A stretch of DNA of 64,000 bases from a virus, in the IMG/VR virus record IMGVR_UViG_645058793_000001, positions 1 to 64,000 of that record. The stretch is one strand, 5' to 3'. The notes under the pieces are model-generated. The model was not told the origin of the DNA. It was given only the letters and a program-made list of their open reading frames with translations, and did not search any database. The translations under genes were made by a program, and so were the position numbers. This document shows positions 9,591 to 18,643 of this stretch, in pieces. Every line of letters begins with the position of its first letter. Within the stretch, counting starts at the first letter, position 1.

Positions 9591-9822
9591 ACCAGTATCT
9601 GTAATTGGTAGTTACCGTGACCTGATAACGGTCGTTGTTATATTTTTTGCTAGTGTTACCAGCATTAGTTGATGACGCCGTTCCGACCACAATCAACACG
9701 CCAACAATGAATAGCCACACGATTACGCAAAAAATGTAATCTCCAATACCAAAAAATGTTCCCCAGAACAGTGCAATAATTACTATTAATGCCGCGACTG
9801 ATAACCCAAAAAACCAAATCAT
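9496..9822 (-). CDS. hypothetical membrane protein (108 aa)
   Basis: Two long hydrophobic segments. Confidence 0.4.
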   Translation of the reverse strand: MIWFFGLSVAALIVIIALFWGTFFGIGDYIFCVIVWLFIVGVLIVVGTASSTNAGNTSKKYNNDRYQVTVTTNYRYWYGDKHYKFKNDKRIVIYDSKKKEVVRNEEIN

Positions 9823-10004
9823 AAACTGTCCACCAACGCCTTTGCTCGTTTAAAATCACCTGTGTACATCAAACCTTTTAACTTACTAATTTTCGAATAC
9901 ATGTGAACGTAATCTCTATCCACAATGTTTATCACTTCGTCTGCCAACTCATCAGCAGGACGACCGTTGCTTTCAATCTTCACGGTTATATTCATCTGAC
10001 TCAT
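9819..10004 (-). CDS. hypothetical protein (61 aa)
   Basis: ORF. Confidence 0.3.
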   Translation of the reverse strand: MSQMNITVKIESNGRPADELADEVINIVDRDYVHMYSKISKLKGLMYTGDFKRAKALVDSL

Positions 10005-10155
10005 ACTCCTTCATTTGGTTGTATCTGTGTAGGTAGTGATACTTATAAGCGTATTCGCTCACACCTAGCAACCGCATTGCTTCTTCATCGTTCATACCAA
10101 TTGCTTTATACATACGCATCTGGTTGAACAAATCATTCTCTTCTCTACTCCGCAT
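9973..10155 (-). CDS. hypothetical protein (60 aa)
   Basis: ORF. Confidence 0.3.
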   Translation of the reverse strand: MRSREENDLFNQMRMYKAIGMNDEEAMRLLGVSEYAYKYHYLHRYNQMKEYESDEYNRED

Positions 10156-10654
10156 AGCTAGTCAACGCTGTTAGCCCATCTGTATATGCAACGTAATCCG
10201 CCCATACGTTATCCAACATTTCAGTAGTGTCTTTTACATCATCAACCGTTAACTTACCGTAATTTAAATGCGTACCAATAACTTTTGCTTGTTCAAGCAA
10301 ATCTGTGTCAGCTTCTTTATGCAAATCTTCGGCTACACCATCTAAATCTTTACGCAATCTATCAGGAAAATCATTACCAAATACATGCATAACCGTAACG
10401 ATTACTTTTTGTGCTGGGTTAATTACCATACCGACTTCACCACTTGTCCACAATTGGCAGCCGTCTTTTTGATTACGAGTTAATTCTGCATTCTCGTTAA
10501 AGTTAATCAGCCAATTTTTCCAACCGCTTCGTTTCGTCTTGAAACGACTTTCCATTTGTTCCACTGCATGATCAGAAAAATCATACAGTTCAATTCGTTT
10601 AATGCCCATACAACAATACCTCTCCGATACGATTTGCTTGCTCCTCTGTTCCAA
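10145..10654 (-). CDS. hypothetical protein (169 aa)
   Basis: ORF. Confidence 0.4.
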   Translation of the reverse strand: MEQRSKQIVSERYCCMGIKRIELYDFSDHAVEQMESRFKTKRSGWKNWLINFNENAELTRNQKDGCQLWTSGEVGMVINPAQKVIVTVMHVFGNDFPDRLRKDLDGVAEDLHKEADTDLLEQAKVIGTHLNYGKLTVDDVKDTTEMLDNVWADYVAYTDGLTALTSYAE

Positions 10655-10784
10655 AGAATCGAACTAGCTGGTAGATGCCCCAGTAAATCACACGTTTGAT
10701 ATAAGGTAGCAAATACACTAGCAGGAACACTGGAACGAACCAAATCAATATTTCCACAAACATTTTAATTAATAGTTGAACCAT
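10599..10784 (-). CDS. small hydrophobic protein (61 aa; start uncertain)
   Basis: TM-like segment; overlaps the downstream gene, so an internal Met may be the true start. Confidence 0.3.
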   Translation of the reverse strand: MVQLLIKMFVEILIWFVPVFLLVYLLPYIKRVIYWGIYQLVRFFGTEEQANRIGEVLLYGH

Positions 10785-10990
10785 TTTTTTATTTTCCTTC
10801 TATATAAGAACGCTCTGGCTGCCCAGAAAATTGATAGGACAATACTAATGAGTGAAAGGATAATGACGAATACGTTTCCTGTAAACAGTAATACTAGGTT
10901 GATAATCGACAAAACCAGTACATGAACTGAAAGCATATTGCTTAGATAGTTCATGTGATTATTTATTTTTAATCTATCCATGTGCTTCAC
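10769..10990 (-). CDS. small membrane protein (73 aa)
   Basis: Two TM helices. Confidence 0.35.
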   Translation of the reverse strand: MKHMDRLKINNHMNYLSNMLSVHVLVLSIINLVLLFTGNVFVIILSLISIVLSIFWAARAFLYRRKIKKWFNY

Positions 10991-11975
10991 CAGTTAGTTG
11001 TTCGATCGAAACGTCTAGGGCATCTGATAGTTTGAAAATAGTTTCTAATCTAGGAGTTGTACGTCCGTTTTCGTAATTAAAAATATTATTTACATACAGC
11101 CCTGAACGTCTTGCTAATTCATTCATTGAATACCCACGTTCTAAACGATATTTATTAACATTATTTCCAATCGCAACTGCTGGACTAACATATTCAGATT
11201 TCAATTTCTTGGCAAAGTAATTATGACCTTTAGGAGTAATCATAGTTGTACGGCTTACCTTGTTATTGCTAACTATTTGGTAAGTATAAAGTGTCTCTTT
11301 AACTTCCATATATCCAAAATCAAGTGATTTAGATGTAGGTAAGTTATAATTATCACCACGTTTTGTTGTGCATACCCAACCGTTATCACGGAACCATTGG
11401 TATAACTTTTTCTCACCAATCTTAATTCCGTATTCCTTATTCAACACTTTCGCAAATGCTGACACGCCCATGCTTTCCTTGCTGCCTTCCATGATTAAGG
11501 CAACCTTTGCGTCTTCCTGTAACTTCGCAGTCAATGCACGTTCGTTCTTTAAGTCGGTTGCCACACGAATTAATGTTTCAGGACTTAGCAACACTTCCTC
11601 AGTCATGTAAGCACCATGCTTACGAATGTCGGGTAAGACTTCGGTCGTTAGCCAGCGCTTAAATTTCTTGGCTTGCTCTTTCATTTGTGGGTTACGTGAT
11701 TGCTTTGATGCGTCCCAAATCATTGAGTAGATACCTGACTCGTTGATGAAGATTGGATATTGCTCACGGCCAAGGCTGTCTGTTATCGATGGGGCTCCAA
11801 CTTGGGGTCCCATCTTTCTATCTTCATTATCAACATGCTTTACAACAGCATCTTTTGCTTTCGCATATCCCAATACCTCAGCCACATCTTTACCAACGAA
11901 CCATGGTTCATCATCAATCATTACCTGGCGGACGTCTTTACCTTCAAAACCTAGAACTTGTAACTCATTGTTCAT
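10974..11975 (-). CDS. Bro-N family antirepressor-like protein with C-terminal XRE HTH
   Basis: N-terminal Bro-N-like segment (QVLGFEG...DEPWFVGKDVAEVLGY); C-terminal HTH (YSMNELARRSGLYVNNIFNYENG). Confidence 0.6.
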   Translation of the reverse strand: MNNELQVLGFEGKDVRQVMIDDEPWFVGKDVAEVLGYAKAKDAVVKHVDNEDRKMGPQVGAPSITDSLGREQYPIFINESGIYSMIWDASKQSRNPQMKEQAKKFKRWLTTEVLPDIRKHGAYMTEEVLLSPETLIRVATDLKNERALTAKLQEDAKVALIMEGSKESMGVSAFAKVLNKEYGIKIGEKKLYQWFRDNGWVCTTKRGDNYNLPTSKSLDFGYMEVKETLYTYQIVSNNKVSRTTMITPKGHNYFAKKLKSEYVSPAVAIGNNVNKYRLERGYSMNELARRSGLYVNNIFNYENGRTTPRLETIFKLSDALDVSIEQLTGEAHG

Positions 11976-12180
11976 GACGAGCCTCCCATAATTCGTTGAC
12001 GTAACTTTCTGCTTTACTTAGAACTTCATTAGTCTTTTCCTTTGATGCAATTCCTTTTTGAACTCGTGCAAACGTCGTATTGTTCACACCGATGTGATAT
12101 AACAATTCGTCTTGATGCAATTGAACGGAAAACATTTTTCCTTTTAACGTACCAACACGATCCAGAACTTCCTGTTCCAT
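11965..12180 (-). CDS. Cro-like small HTH regulator (71 aa)
   Basis: First gene of the leftward operon at the divergent switch; HTH-like TFARVQKGIAS. Confidence 0.5.
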   Translation of the reverse strand: MEQEVLDRVGTLKGKMFSVQLHQDELLYHIGVNNTTFARVQKGIASKEKTNEVLSKAESYVNELWEARHEQ

Positions 12181-12404
12181 AAAAAACCTCCAATAATGTA
12201 GTCATATTGTTAGCAATCACATAATTATGTGTTATAATATACACATAAAGAACTTTTAATAACGTATCTTGGCGGAAACGGTTGATTAAATAGCAGTTCT
12301 TACTAACAAGTAGCTTTGTACATAAATTAATATAACACACAATAATGTGTCGTGCAATGTTTTTACACTTAATTATGTGTATATTGATTTGAAAGGATTT
12401 TTTT
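12181..12404. promoter_or_regulatory. divergent early promoter / operator region (genetic switch)
   Basis: 14-bp perfect palindrome CACATAATTATGTG at 12218-12231 overlapping a TATAAT at 12233-12238; near-identical copy CACTTAATTATGTG at 12366-12379 followed by TATATT; related ACACACAATAATGTGT at 12335-12350. Confidence 0.55.
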
Positions 12405-12734
12405 ATGTCTTTATACGAACGTGTAGTTGATTTATCTAATAAAAGAAATTTTAAAAGTGTGCGTGATTTATCTATCGCTGCTGGCATGTCTCAGAATGCT
12501 TTATATAGTTGGAAAACGCAGAGTCCTTCTGCCGACAATCTGAATGCTGTGGCAAAAATACTTGGTGTGTCAGCAGATTATCTATTAGGCAATACAGATG
12601 ATATGTATTCAAATCAAAACGATAATCAATTGGACATTAAGAACGCCCCTATACTTGCATACGACGGCAAACCAGTATCAGATGAAACTCGCGACATATT
12701 AGAAAGAATTTTAGAGATGGAAACACATAAATGA
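12405..12734 (+). CDS. XRE-family transcriptional repressor (ImmR/CI-like, no peptidase domain)
   Basis: HTH_XRE signature (SVRDLSIAAGMSQNALYSWKTQ); first gene of the rightward operon at the switch. Confidence 0.7.
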   Translation: MSLYERVVDLSNKRNFKSVRDLSIAAGMSQNALYSWKTQSPSADNLNAVAKILGVSADYLLGNTDDMYSNQNDNQLDIKNAPILAYDGKPVSDETRDILERILEMETHK

Positions 12735-13138
12735 AAAATGTAATGACCTACTTACAATATCTAGCTGACGTGAACGGTATCACTATTATTGTTACTGACC
12801 AGCTAGACGAATATGAAAGCGACAAATGTATTCCAGCAATTAATACAATTATTATTAACGAGAATTATGCTACAAAAGTTGATGTGGCTTTTAGACTTGC
12901 GCATGAGTTATCTCATTTAATATTTGGATCACGTTTTTCAGATGCAATCTATTCATTTTCAATTGGAAGCAATCGTGACGCAGAACGTGAAGCCAATATC
13001 AATGCATTAAAGATGTTGTGCAAGTATCTATACACTGATACACCTTTAGAATATCGTAACTACATTAATTTTATGAATGAATTCGGTTTACCAGCTAGTA
13101 TGGAAAACATGGTGAAGGACGCTATATTAGCTGTTTAA
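12731..13138 (+). CDS. ImmA/IrrE-family zinc metallopeptidase (anti-repressor protease)
   Basis: HEXXH motif (AHELSHLIFG); translationally coupled to the XRE repressor, a classic ImmR/ImmA pair. Confidence 0.7.
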   Translation: MKNVMTYLQYLADVNGITIIVTDQLDEYESDKCIPAINTIIINENYATKVDVAFRLAHELSHLIFGSRFSDAIYSFSIGSNRDAEREANINALKMLCKYLYTDTPLEYRNYINFMNEFGLPASMENMVKDAILAV

Positions 13139-13190
13139 AATACATACGTGCAATAATTGATCCACGATAAAAGCTAAGGAGTAATGGGCA

Positions 13191-13763
13191 ATGAAACACA
13201 AAAAGGTAATCATTTCTAGTATCATCGGGCTAATCGTTATAGTAGCGATCGTATTCACATCAATGTGGGCAGTGAATAACAACCAAACAAAGAAATTTGC
13301 GACGGTAAATGGGCACGATTTGTATAAGGTTAAAATAACTAAAGATGTACCAGCTGCTAATCCGCCCGCATTAAAAGGTGGCTATGCTAAAGGAGTTCGT
13401 GATATTGAAGGGAAAACTAAAGCTCCTGACGGGTCGCTAGTTGTTATTAAACAAGATGTTTCGTCTGGTTATTTTAAAGGAATTGGAATGGGCGCTACAT
13501 ATTCACACAAAGCAGACGGATTAACTTCTCAACAAATGATAAACAAAGTAGACGTAAATCAAAACGCTTTTGCAACTACTGTACATGATGGTAAATTCAA
13601 GACTATGTTTGTCCCAGACATGGACGATAAAAATGGAAAGTATATGATATTTGCTGGGACGGAATTTTTATCAGAGCCCACATCTAAAAAAGTAATTAAA
13701 ACATACAAAGCCAACATGGGTTACTACACCGTCACAAACTCAGGTAAACTAATCGAACCATAA
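13191..13763 (+). CDS. membrane-anchored protein (190 aa), possible prophage-expressed surface protein
   Basis: N-terminal signal-anchor (KKVIISSIIGLIVIVAIVF); GGAG RBS upstream. Confidence 0.5.
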   Translation: MKHKKVIISSIIGLIVIVAIVFTSMWAVNNNQTKKFATVNGHDLYKVKITKDVPAANPPALKGGYAKGVRDIEGKTKAPDGSLVVIKQDVSSGYFKGIGMGATYSHKADGLTSQQMINKVDVNQNAFATTVHDGKFKTMFVPDMDDKNGKYMIFAGTEFLSEPTSKKVIKTYKANMGYYTVTNSGKLIEP

Positions 13764-13765
13764 AA

Positions 13766-13800
13766 AATAACGCACCCGAAATTAATCGAGTGCGTTTTTA
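13766..13800 (+). terminator. rho-independent terminator
   Basis: AACGCAC ... GTGCGTT hairpin followed by TTTTTAATT. Confidence 0.5.
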
Positions 13801-14040
13801 ATTGTAATAAAAAAGAGCTGTCGACCCACGACAACCCAAACAAACAAACCAGCATAGTAGCCAACTACACTAATCCAACTAACATCGAACATACAATATA
13901 TTCTATGAATTTCATTTATCTATACATAAATAATAACACAACTGTTATACCTGTCAACCATCATCAATTATTATGCTATACTAATTAGTACATAGATTAG
14001 CCATCTATGTACTATCTCCAACGAAAGGAGAGCATACGAT

Positions 14041-14205
14041 ATGTCAGGAATTTCATTTATCTTTAGAGAATTCTTGTTCGCTTTTGCTATGTTATTTATA
14101 ACTGGTAGCACTGGTGAATTAATTCTCGCTGCATTGCATTTCGTCGCTGCTTACACGATTTATATCGTTGGTGGTAACGAGCACACCAAGCAAGACAAAC
14201 AATAA
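14041..14205 (+). CDS. small hydrophobic peptide (54 aa), below the ORF-track cutoff
   Basis: AAAGGAGAG RBS 7 nt upstream of the ATG; predicted single/dual TM peptide MSGISFIFREFLFAFAMLFITGSTGELILAALHFVAAYTIYIVGG; followed by hairpin 14221-14250 and a T-rich stretch. Confidence 0.3.
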   Translation: MSGISFIFREFLFAFAMLFITGSTGELILAALHFVAAYTIYIVGGNEHTKQDKQ

Positions 14206-14311
14206 GCGATGCTTTGTATATGGGGCTACACCGATAAGATAAGTGTAGCCTAGCAAGCCAATACATACCTTAAAACACTTGGGGTCACTTTATTGCCACC
14301 CTCGTGTTTTT

Positions 14312-15016
14312 TTATTTTGCATTTTTTCGTGACCAGATAGAGTAAAACTTTCCATACAATGCAGTCACTAAGTAGAATAACATCGTTAGTAACATAGGCA
14401 AGCTAGATGCTGAGTAACCGATAAACAATGCTGATACCCACAGAGCAATATTAACAAAGTCAGACATTAACCACAATGAGTAGCTGTCACCATAACCCTT
14501 GAACACGTACCATGAAGCCATTGCTCCAATAATCAATACGATTGAATCCCATAGTGGGTTTGTATCACCTAACGCTGTGTACGCCATCAGTACTGGGTAC
14601 CATAGTGCTAGAATTAATACGATAGTAAAAATCCAGCCTTTAATAGATAGGAATTTTACACCGTCTTTTACACGGTTGCCCCACTTTTTCCATGTGATGA
14701 TTAATGGCACATCAATCAAGGCAACGAATACCAGTTGATCTAATACACTAGCGAAATGTCCAGCAGACCAGTTAATGTAAATATACCCTAACGCACTGAT
14801 TAATCCAAGCAGCCCATTAATAGGTTTACCAATCATCATGTACACGGTACATGCCGAACCAATAATTGTTGCGAATAATGTAATTGTGGATAGCACTGTA
14901 ATCGGCGCTGTTAGATAAAACGCTAACTGTACCCCCACAATAAACGCTAGCATAATTGCGCCAGCTGCATTCAGAGATTTAATCTCATCTAGTAACCATT
15001 TCCCATAACCTGTCAT
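14312..15016 (-). CDS. pnuC: nicotinamide riboside/NMN transporter PnuC-like
   Basis: 234 aa, about 7 TM helices, W-rich helices typical of the PnuC family. Confidence 0.6.
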   Translation of the reverse strand: MTGYGKWLLDEIKSLNAAGAIMLAFIVGVQLAFYLTAPITVLSTITLFATIIGSACTVYMMIGKPINGLLGLISALGYIYINWSAGHFASVLDQLVFVALIDVPLIITWKKWGNRVKDGVKFLSIKGWIFTIVLILALWYPVLMAYTALGDTNPLWDSIVLIIGAMASWYVFKGYGDSYSLWLMSDFVNIALWVSALFIGYSASSLPMLLTMLFYLVTALYGKFYSIWSRKNAK

Positions 15017-15139
15017 TTAATAACTACCTTTCCATTTTTAACGAACGCGCTCATACCATCAATAGCACCCTGCACATACGAAACGATTTCTCCATCTTTA
15101 TTTTTAATTCCTGCAATATATACGTCAGAATCGTGAACA

Positions 15140-15568
15140 CTAAAGTTCCTCTGTTTTGTCATTACTAACTACCTCCGTAACAACTTTCAATTCCTCAATC
15201 CTTTTACGTTTACCATTCAATTGCTTGTTACCTTTTTCAATGTGCTCACGGTTGTGATTAGCTGGTGAAACAACTTCTAGGTTATCCACATCAGCTCGTC
15301 CTTCCCATGCTTCACGCAAAGGCACAATGTGGTGAACTGTATTCCCATCAATCAACCGACCAAAGTCCACTAATTCCACTTGATCAAAACCATGGTCACG
15401 ATTGATTACTTTACGTCTAACCGATAGCCATTCACGACTACGATAGAACGCTTGTACTTCCTTTTCAGACGGCTGGTAACTATTCGTATGTCGATACTTA
15501 TCAAACGCTTTCTTGCGCCTGTTGATAGCCGTCTGTTGCATGTCACTTATTAATGAGGTAGTTTGCAA
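15140..15568 (-). CDS. HNH endonuclease
   Basis: HNH motif (NTVHHIVPLREAW ... N ... H). Confidence 0.6.
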   Translation of the reverse strand: MQTTSLISDMQQTAINRRKKAFDKYRHTNSYQPSEKEVQAFYRSREWLSVRRKVINRDHGFDQVELVDFGRLIDGNTVHHIVPLREAWEGRADVDNLEVVSPANHNREHIEKGNKQLNGKRKRIEELKVVTEVVSNDKTEEL

Positions 15569-15845
15569 TTAACTCACCTTCATTTCCAACACCAGCTTCA
15601 TACCATTCAACGACTGCATCACTAGGTACTGGCTTACCTTTAACTAAAGAATCTTCCATTAACTTACCCATTGATTTAAGCAATGATCGTGACATAAATC
15701 CTCTGTTAGAATCTTCGCCAGATTCTTTAAACTGGTTTGATAAAACTTTAATACTTAATGCAGTAAATACGTCAGCAATCACATCTGGATTACCAGTGTC
15801 AGTGTGTTTCATACCTTCTAACCAATCGATTACATAATCTGGCAT
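15543..15845 (-). CDS. hypothetical protein (100 aa)
   Basis: ORF. Confidence 0.35.
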   Translation of the reverse strand: MPDYVIDWLEGMKHTDTGNPDVIADVFTALSIKVLSNQFKESGEDSNRGFMSRSLLKSMGKLMEDSLVKGKPVPSDAVVEWYEAGVGNEGELIANYLINK

Positions 15846-15846
15846 A

Positions 15847-16272
15847 TTAGATATACTCCTTTTCCATTGCTGCGAAATTTATCCACGGATATTCCTGTTC
15901 AACTGCTGGGAAATCATCGTCAGTCCAAACCAAATCGATGTCTAACATACCAGCAAGTTCCTCGTTCATATTAATTTCAATACGATCAGTAACTTTATTA
16001 CGACCAATATACTTACCACGTTCTGTACGCAACATAAATGGTTTGTCATCATCGTTACCGTCAATTAGCAAATCAATATACTTACGGGCTTTCTTTAAAT
16101 CTTCCTTGCCGTTTTTCTTATCAGCGCGAGAAACATACTTAATGATATTAGCAACCTTCCATGCCTCGCTGCCGTTCATACCAGCAACAATACTATTGAT
16201 ATGATCCTTCACTTCAGTACCGTCTGATAGTACGTAATGCTCTGGCTTATCTATAATGTCAAATGAACTCAT
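15847..16272 (-). CDS. DUF3310-like phage protein
   Basis: PEHY...KY(V)SRADKKNGKEDLKKARKYIDLLI pattern resembles the DUF3310 family. Confidence 0.4.
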   Translation of the reverse strand: MSSFDIIDKPEHYVLSDGTEVKDHINSIVAGMNGSEAWKVANIIKYVSRADKKNGKEDLKKARKYIDLLIDGNDDDKPFMLRTERGKYIGRNKVTDRIEINMNEELAGMLDIDLVWTDDDFPAVEQEYPWINFAAMEKEYI

Positions 16273-16654
16273 ACACCTTTTCTCTTTCTAAATTAGAATC
16301 TAATACACGCTGGTAAATATCTACTCGTTTAAATCGTTTCAATAAACGGTCTAGGTTGTTCAATCCAAACTCATAAGCACTGCGTTTTGATTCTGATAAC
16401 CATAACGAATAGGTGTCATCACCAATCACTTCCCACACGCTGATAGGATTAGGATCTTGTTCAACTGAGATACTACCTGCGGAAAATAAATCTAATCGGC
16501 TTAACGTTTCAGCTAACTCATCAGCCTTCGTTCGACTAAATAATTTAGCTCCATCAGCCGAATATACCCACTCTAAATTCACTGGGTTCTCACTAGCAAA
16601 ATATGCTTTCATACCAGCTAGTTCGTACACCACAACGTATTTATACATTGGCAA
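16259..16654 (-). CDS. hypothetical protein (131 aa)
   Basis: ORF. Confidence 0.35.
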   Translation of the reverse strand: MPMYKYVVVYELAGMKAYFASENPVNLEWVYSADGAKLFSRTKADELAETLSRLDLFSAGSISVEQDPNPISVWEVIGDDTYSLWLSESKRSAYEFGLNNLDRLLKRFKRVDIYQRVLDSNLEREKVYEFI

Positions 16655-17270
16655 TTTTCCTATCGATAATATCCAATACTCTCAGTGCATCTTCTGGATT
16701 AGATAAATCATTGTGCTCCAAATCAATTCGAATCTTTGGAGATATATCATAATCATCAAACCACTCACGATAACGATTCCACATACGATGATAATATTCT
16801 TCAAGGCTTGGGTCATTTTCAATTTGTTCATAATCACGACCACGTTTCTTAATACGATTTAGAATGGTATCAAAATCTGCATCGATAAATACCAGTAAAT
16901 CTGGACGTTCCTTAGCCGTCGCATTAATTTCGCCCATCATATTATCAAGTAGGTCTAAGTAGATGTTATATTCAACATCGGTGATATTACCTGATTTATG
17001 ATTTTCTGCGGTGAACAAAGCGTCCTCATAAATCGAACGGTCTAAGATATTGTTATCGTCTGCTAGCGCTTGCTTAATCATCGCGAACCGCTTGTTTAAA
17101 AAGTAAATCTGCAACGAGAATGCAAACCGTTCCGGATTCTTATAATAATCAGGTAGCACGGGGTTACCTTCAACTGGTTCGTAGAATGGTCGTGTACCTA
17201 AATGTTCTGCTAATAGTGTGGTCAGTGTTGTTTTCCCTACACCAATCATGCCTGCTGTAATAATCACCAT
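16641..17270 (-). CDS. deoxynucleoside kinase (dAK/dCK/dGK family)
   Basis: P-loop GMIGVGKTT; DRS motif (LDRSIYED); arginine-rich lid (KKRGRDYE). Confidence 0.8.
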   Translation of the reverse strand: MVIITAGMIGVGKTTLTTLLAEHLGTRPFYEPVEGNPVLPDYYKNPERFAFSLQIYFLNKRFAMIKQALADDNNILDRSIYEDALFTAENHKSGNITDVEYNIYLDLLDNMMGEINATAKERPDLLVFIDADFDTILNRIKKRGRDYEQIENDPSLEEYYHRMWNRYREWFDDYDISPKIRIDLEHNDLSNPEDALRVLDIIDRKIANV

Positions 17271-17374
17271 TACTCCTACTTTCGTTTGTTAATCTGATAC
17301 ATCAAGATAATCAGCATTGCTAGTATCGTGACAATAAAAATCTTACCGATGAAAAATGCCATGTTAGTTACCTC

Positions 17375-18223
17375 TTACTTGTTATCGACAATCGTTCCGT
17401 TAGAACCTTGAACGGTAACCCAACCATGTTGCTTACGAGCCTCTGCTTCCATGTATTGGATAGTCTTGTCATTTACAGAATCATTAATTTTCTTATTGGC
17501 TTCTGCTTGTGCGTTAGCCTTTTCAATGGTTGCGTCAGCTTCACCCTTCGCCTTAGTCTTTGCAGCCTTGGCATCAGCTTCTGCCTGCGTGTTCTTTGTT
17601 TCAGCTTCTAATTGGGCTTTCTTATTGTCTTGGCCAGCTTTGATAATATCGTCAATTGACTTTTGTGTTTGTGGATCCAATGTTGGTGTTCCAAATGATA
17701 AATCTTCAATGATAAATCCTTGCTTATCGGCGCGTTCACGGAACATATCCAATAGCTTTGCTTGAACCTTAGTTGAATCAGAACCAACAACATCTAACAA
17801 CGTGTATTGAGATAATACGGTACGTCCAGATGCAGTTAACTGTTGGTTTAACCAACCCTTTTCAATTGTTTCAATATCAACGTTTCCAAATTTCTTATAA
17901 ACAGAAGTTGCCTTTGACGGATCCACATGATACGTAAATGTGATTGCTGTATCTGTTTTCTTACCGTCAGATGTTGCTAACGAAACTGTTTGCTTAACTG
18001 TTTGTGACTTAATTGGATATTGTGTAACCTTATCTAGCCCAACCCAGTGAACACCTTGTGTCAGTGCTTGATTGCGTACACCACCACTCATTGAATACTC
18101 GATACCAACGTTTCCATTGTCAACTTTCTCAAACGTCTTAAAACCTCCAATTGTAACTACTACACCAGCAATAGCGACAATCGCGCCTCCCTTAACCATC
18201 TTCACAAATGTACTCTCTTGCAT
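17375..18223 (-). CDS. SPFH/band-7 (prohibitin/stomatin-like) membrane protein with Ala/Lys-rich coiled-coil tail
   Basis: N-terminal TM anchor, SPFH-like core (VGIEYSMSGGV ... FIIEDLSFGTP), C-terminal AEADAKAAKTKAKGEADA low-complexity coil. Confidence 0.55.
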   Translation of the reverse strand: MQESTFVKMVKGGAIVAIAGVVVTIGGFKTFEKVDNGNVGIEYSMSGGVRNQALTQGVHWVGLDKVTQYPIKSQTVKQTVSLATSDGKKTDTAITFTYHVDPSKATSVYKKFGNVDIETIEKGWLNQQLTASGRTVLSQYTLLDVVGSDSTKVQAKLLDMFRERADKQGFIIEDLSFGTPTLDPQTQKSIDDIIKAGQDNKKAQLEAETKNTQAEADAKAAKTKAKGEADATIEKANAQAEANKKINDSVNDKTIQYMEAEARKQHGWVTVQGSNGTIVDNK

Positions 18224-18226
18224 GTT

Positions 18227-18643
18227 TTATTCCTCCGTAAGTAATCGTTTATATAATCGCTTGAAAAAAGCGTTTCGTTGTCTAAAAAGTAAAGCTCGAC
18301 TAACACCAAACTTTATTGCTAACGAGACCATTGTCTCTTGTGTATGACGTTTGAAATACAATTCATTAATTAGTGTTTGCATTTCATCACTTTCACGACC
18401 AACCATGCGACGAATTGTCTTTTGATTGTGTGTCAGTGTATTTAATTTTTTATCATCAGCAACCTTGATTACTGTGCTTTCGAACGCGTGCGTGTTGTTA
18501 TTCTGCATACGTCCACCACCAATATTTTCATCGGTTTCATTCCGCTTAACCATTAACTCGAATTCGGTACGTTTGATTTCCACATCAAGCTCTGGATAGC
18601 GTCTCAACCAAGCCGCAACTGTTGCTGTTTCTTTACTCGTCAA
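18227..18643 (-). CDS. ArpU-family phage late transcriptional regulator
   Basis: Sigma-like helix pattern (ATVAAWLRRYPELDVEIKRTEFEL ... ALLFRQRNAFFKRL). Confidence 0.6.
   Translation of the reverse strand: MTSKETATVAAWLRRYPELDVEIKRTEFELMVKRNETDENIGGGRMQNNNTHAFESTVIKVADDKKLNTLTHNQKTIRRMVGRESDEMQTLINELYFKRHTQETMVSLAIKFGVSRALLFRQRNAFFKRLYKRLLTEE

Noticed and set aside
10507-10743. 78-aa alternative-frame ORF overlapping 10145-10654 and 10599-10784
   Set aside because: It is entirely nested within two better-supported ORFs on the same strand and has a Ser/Arg-rich odd composition.
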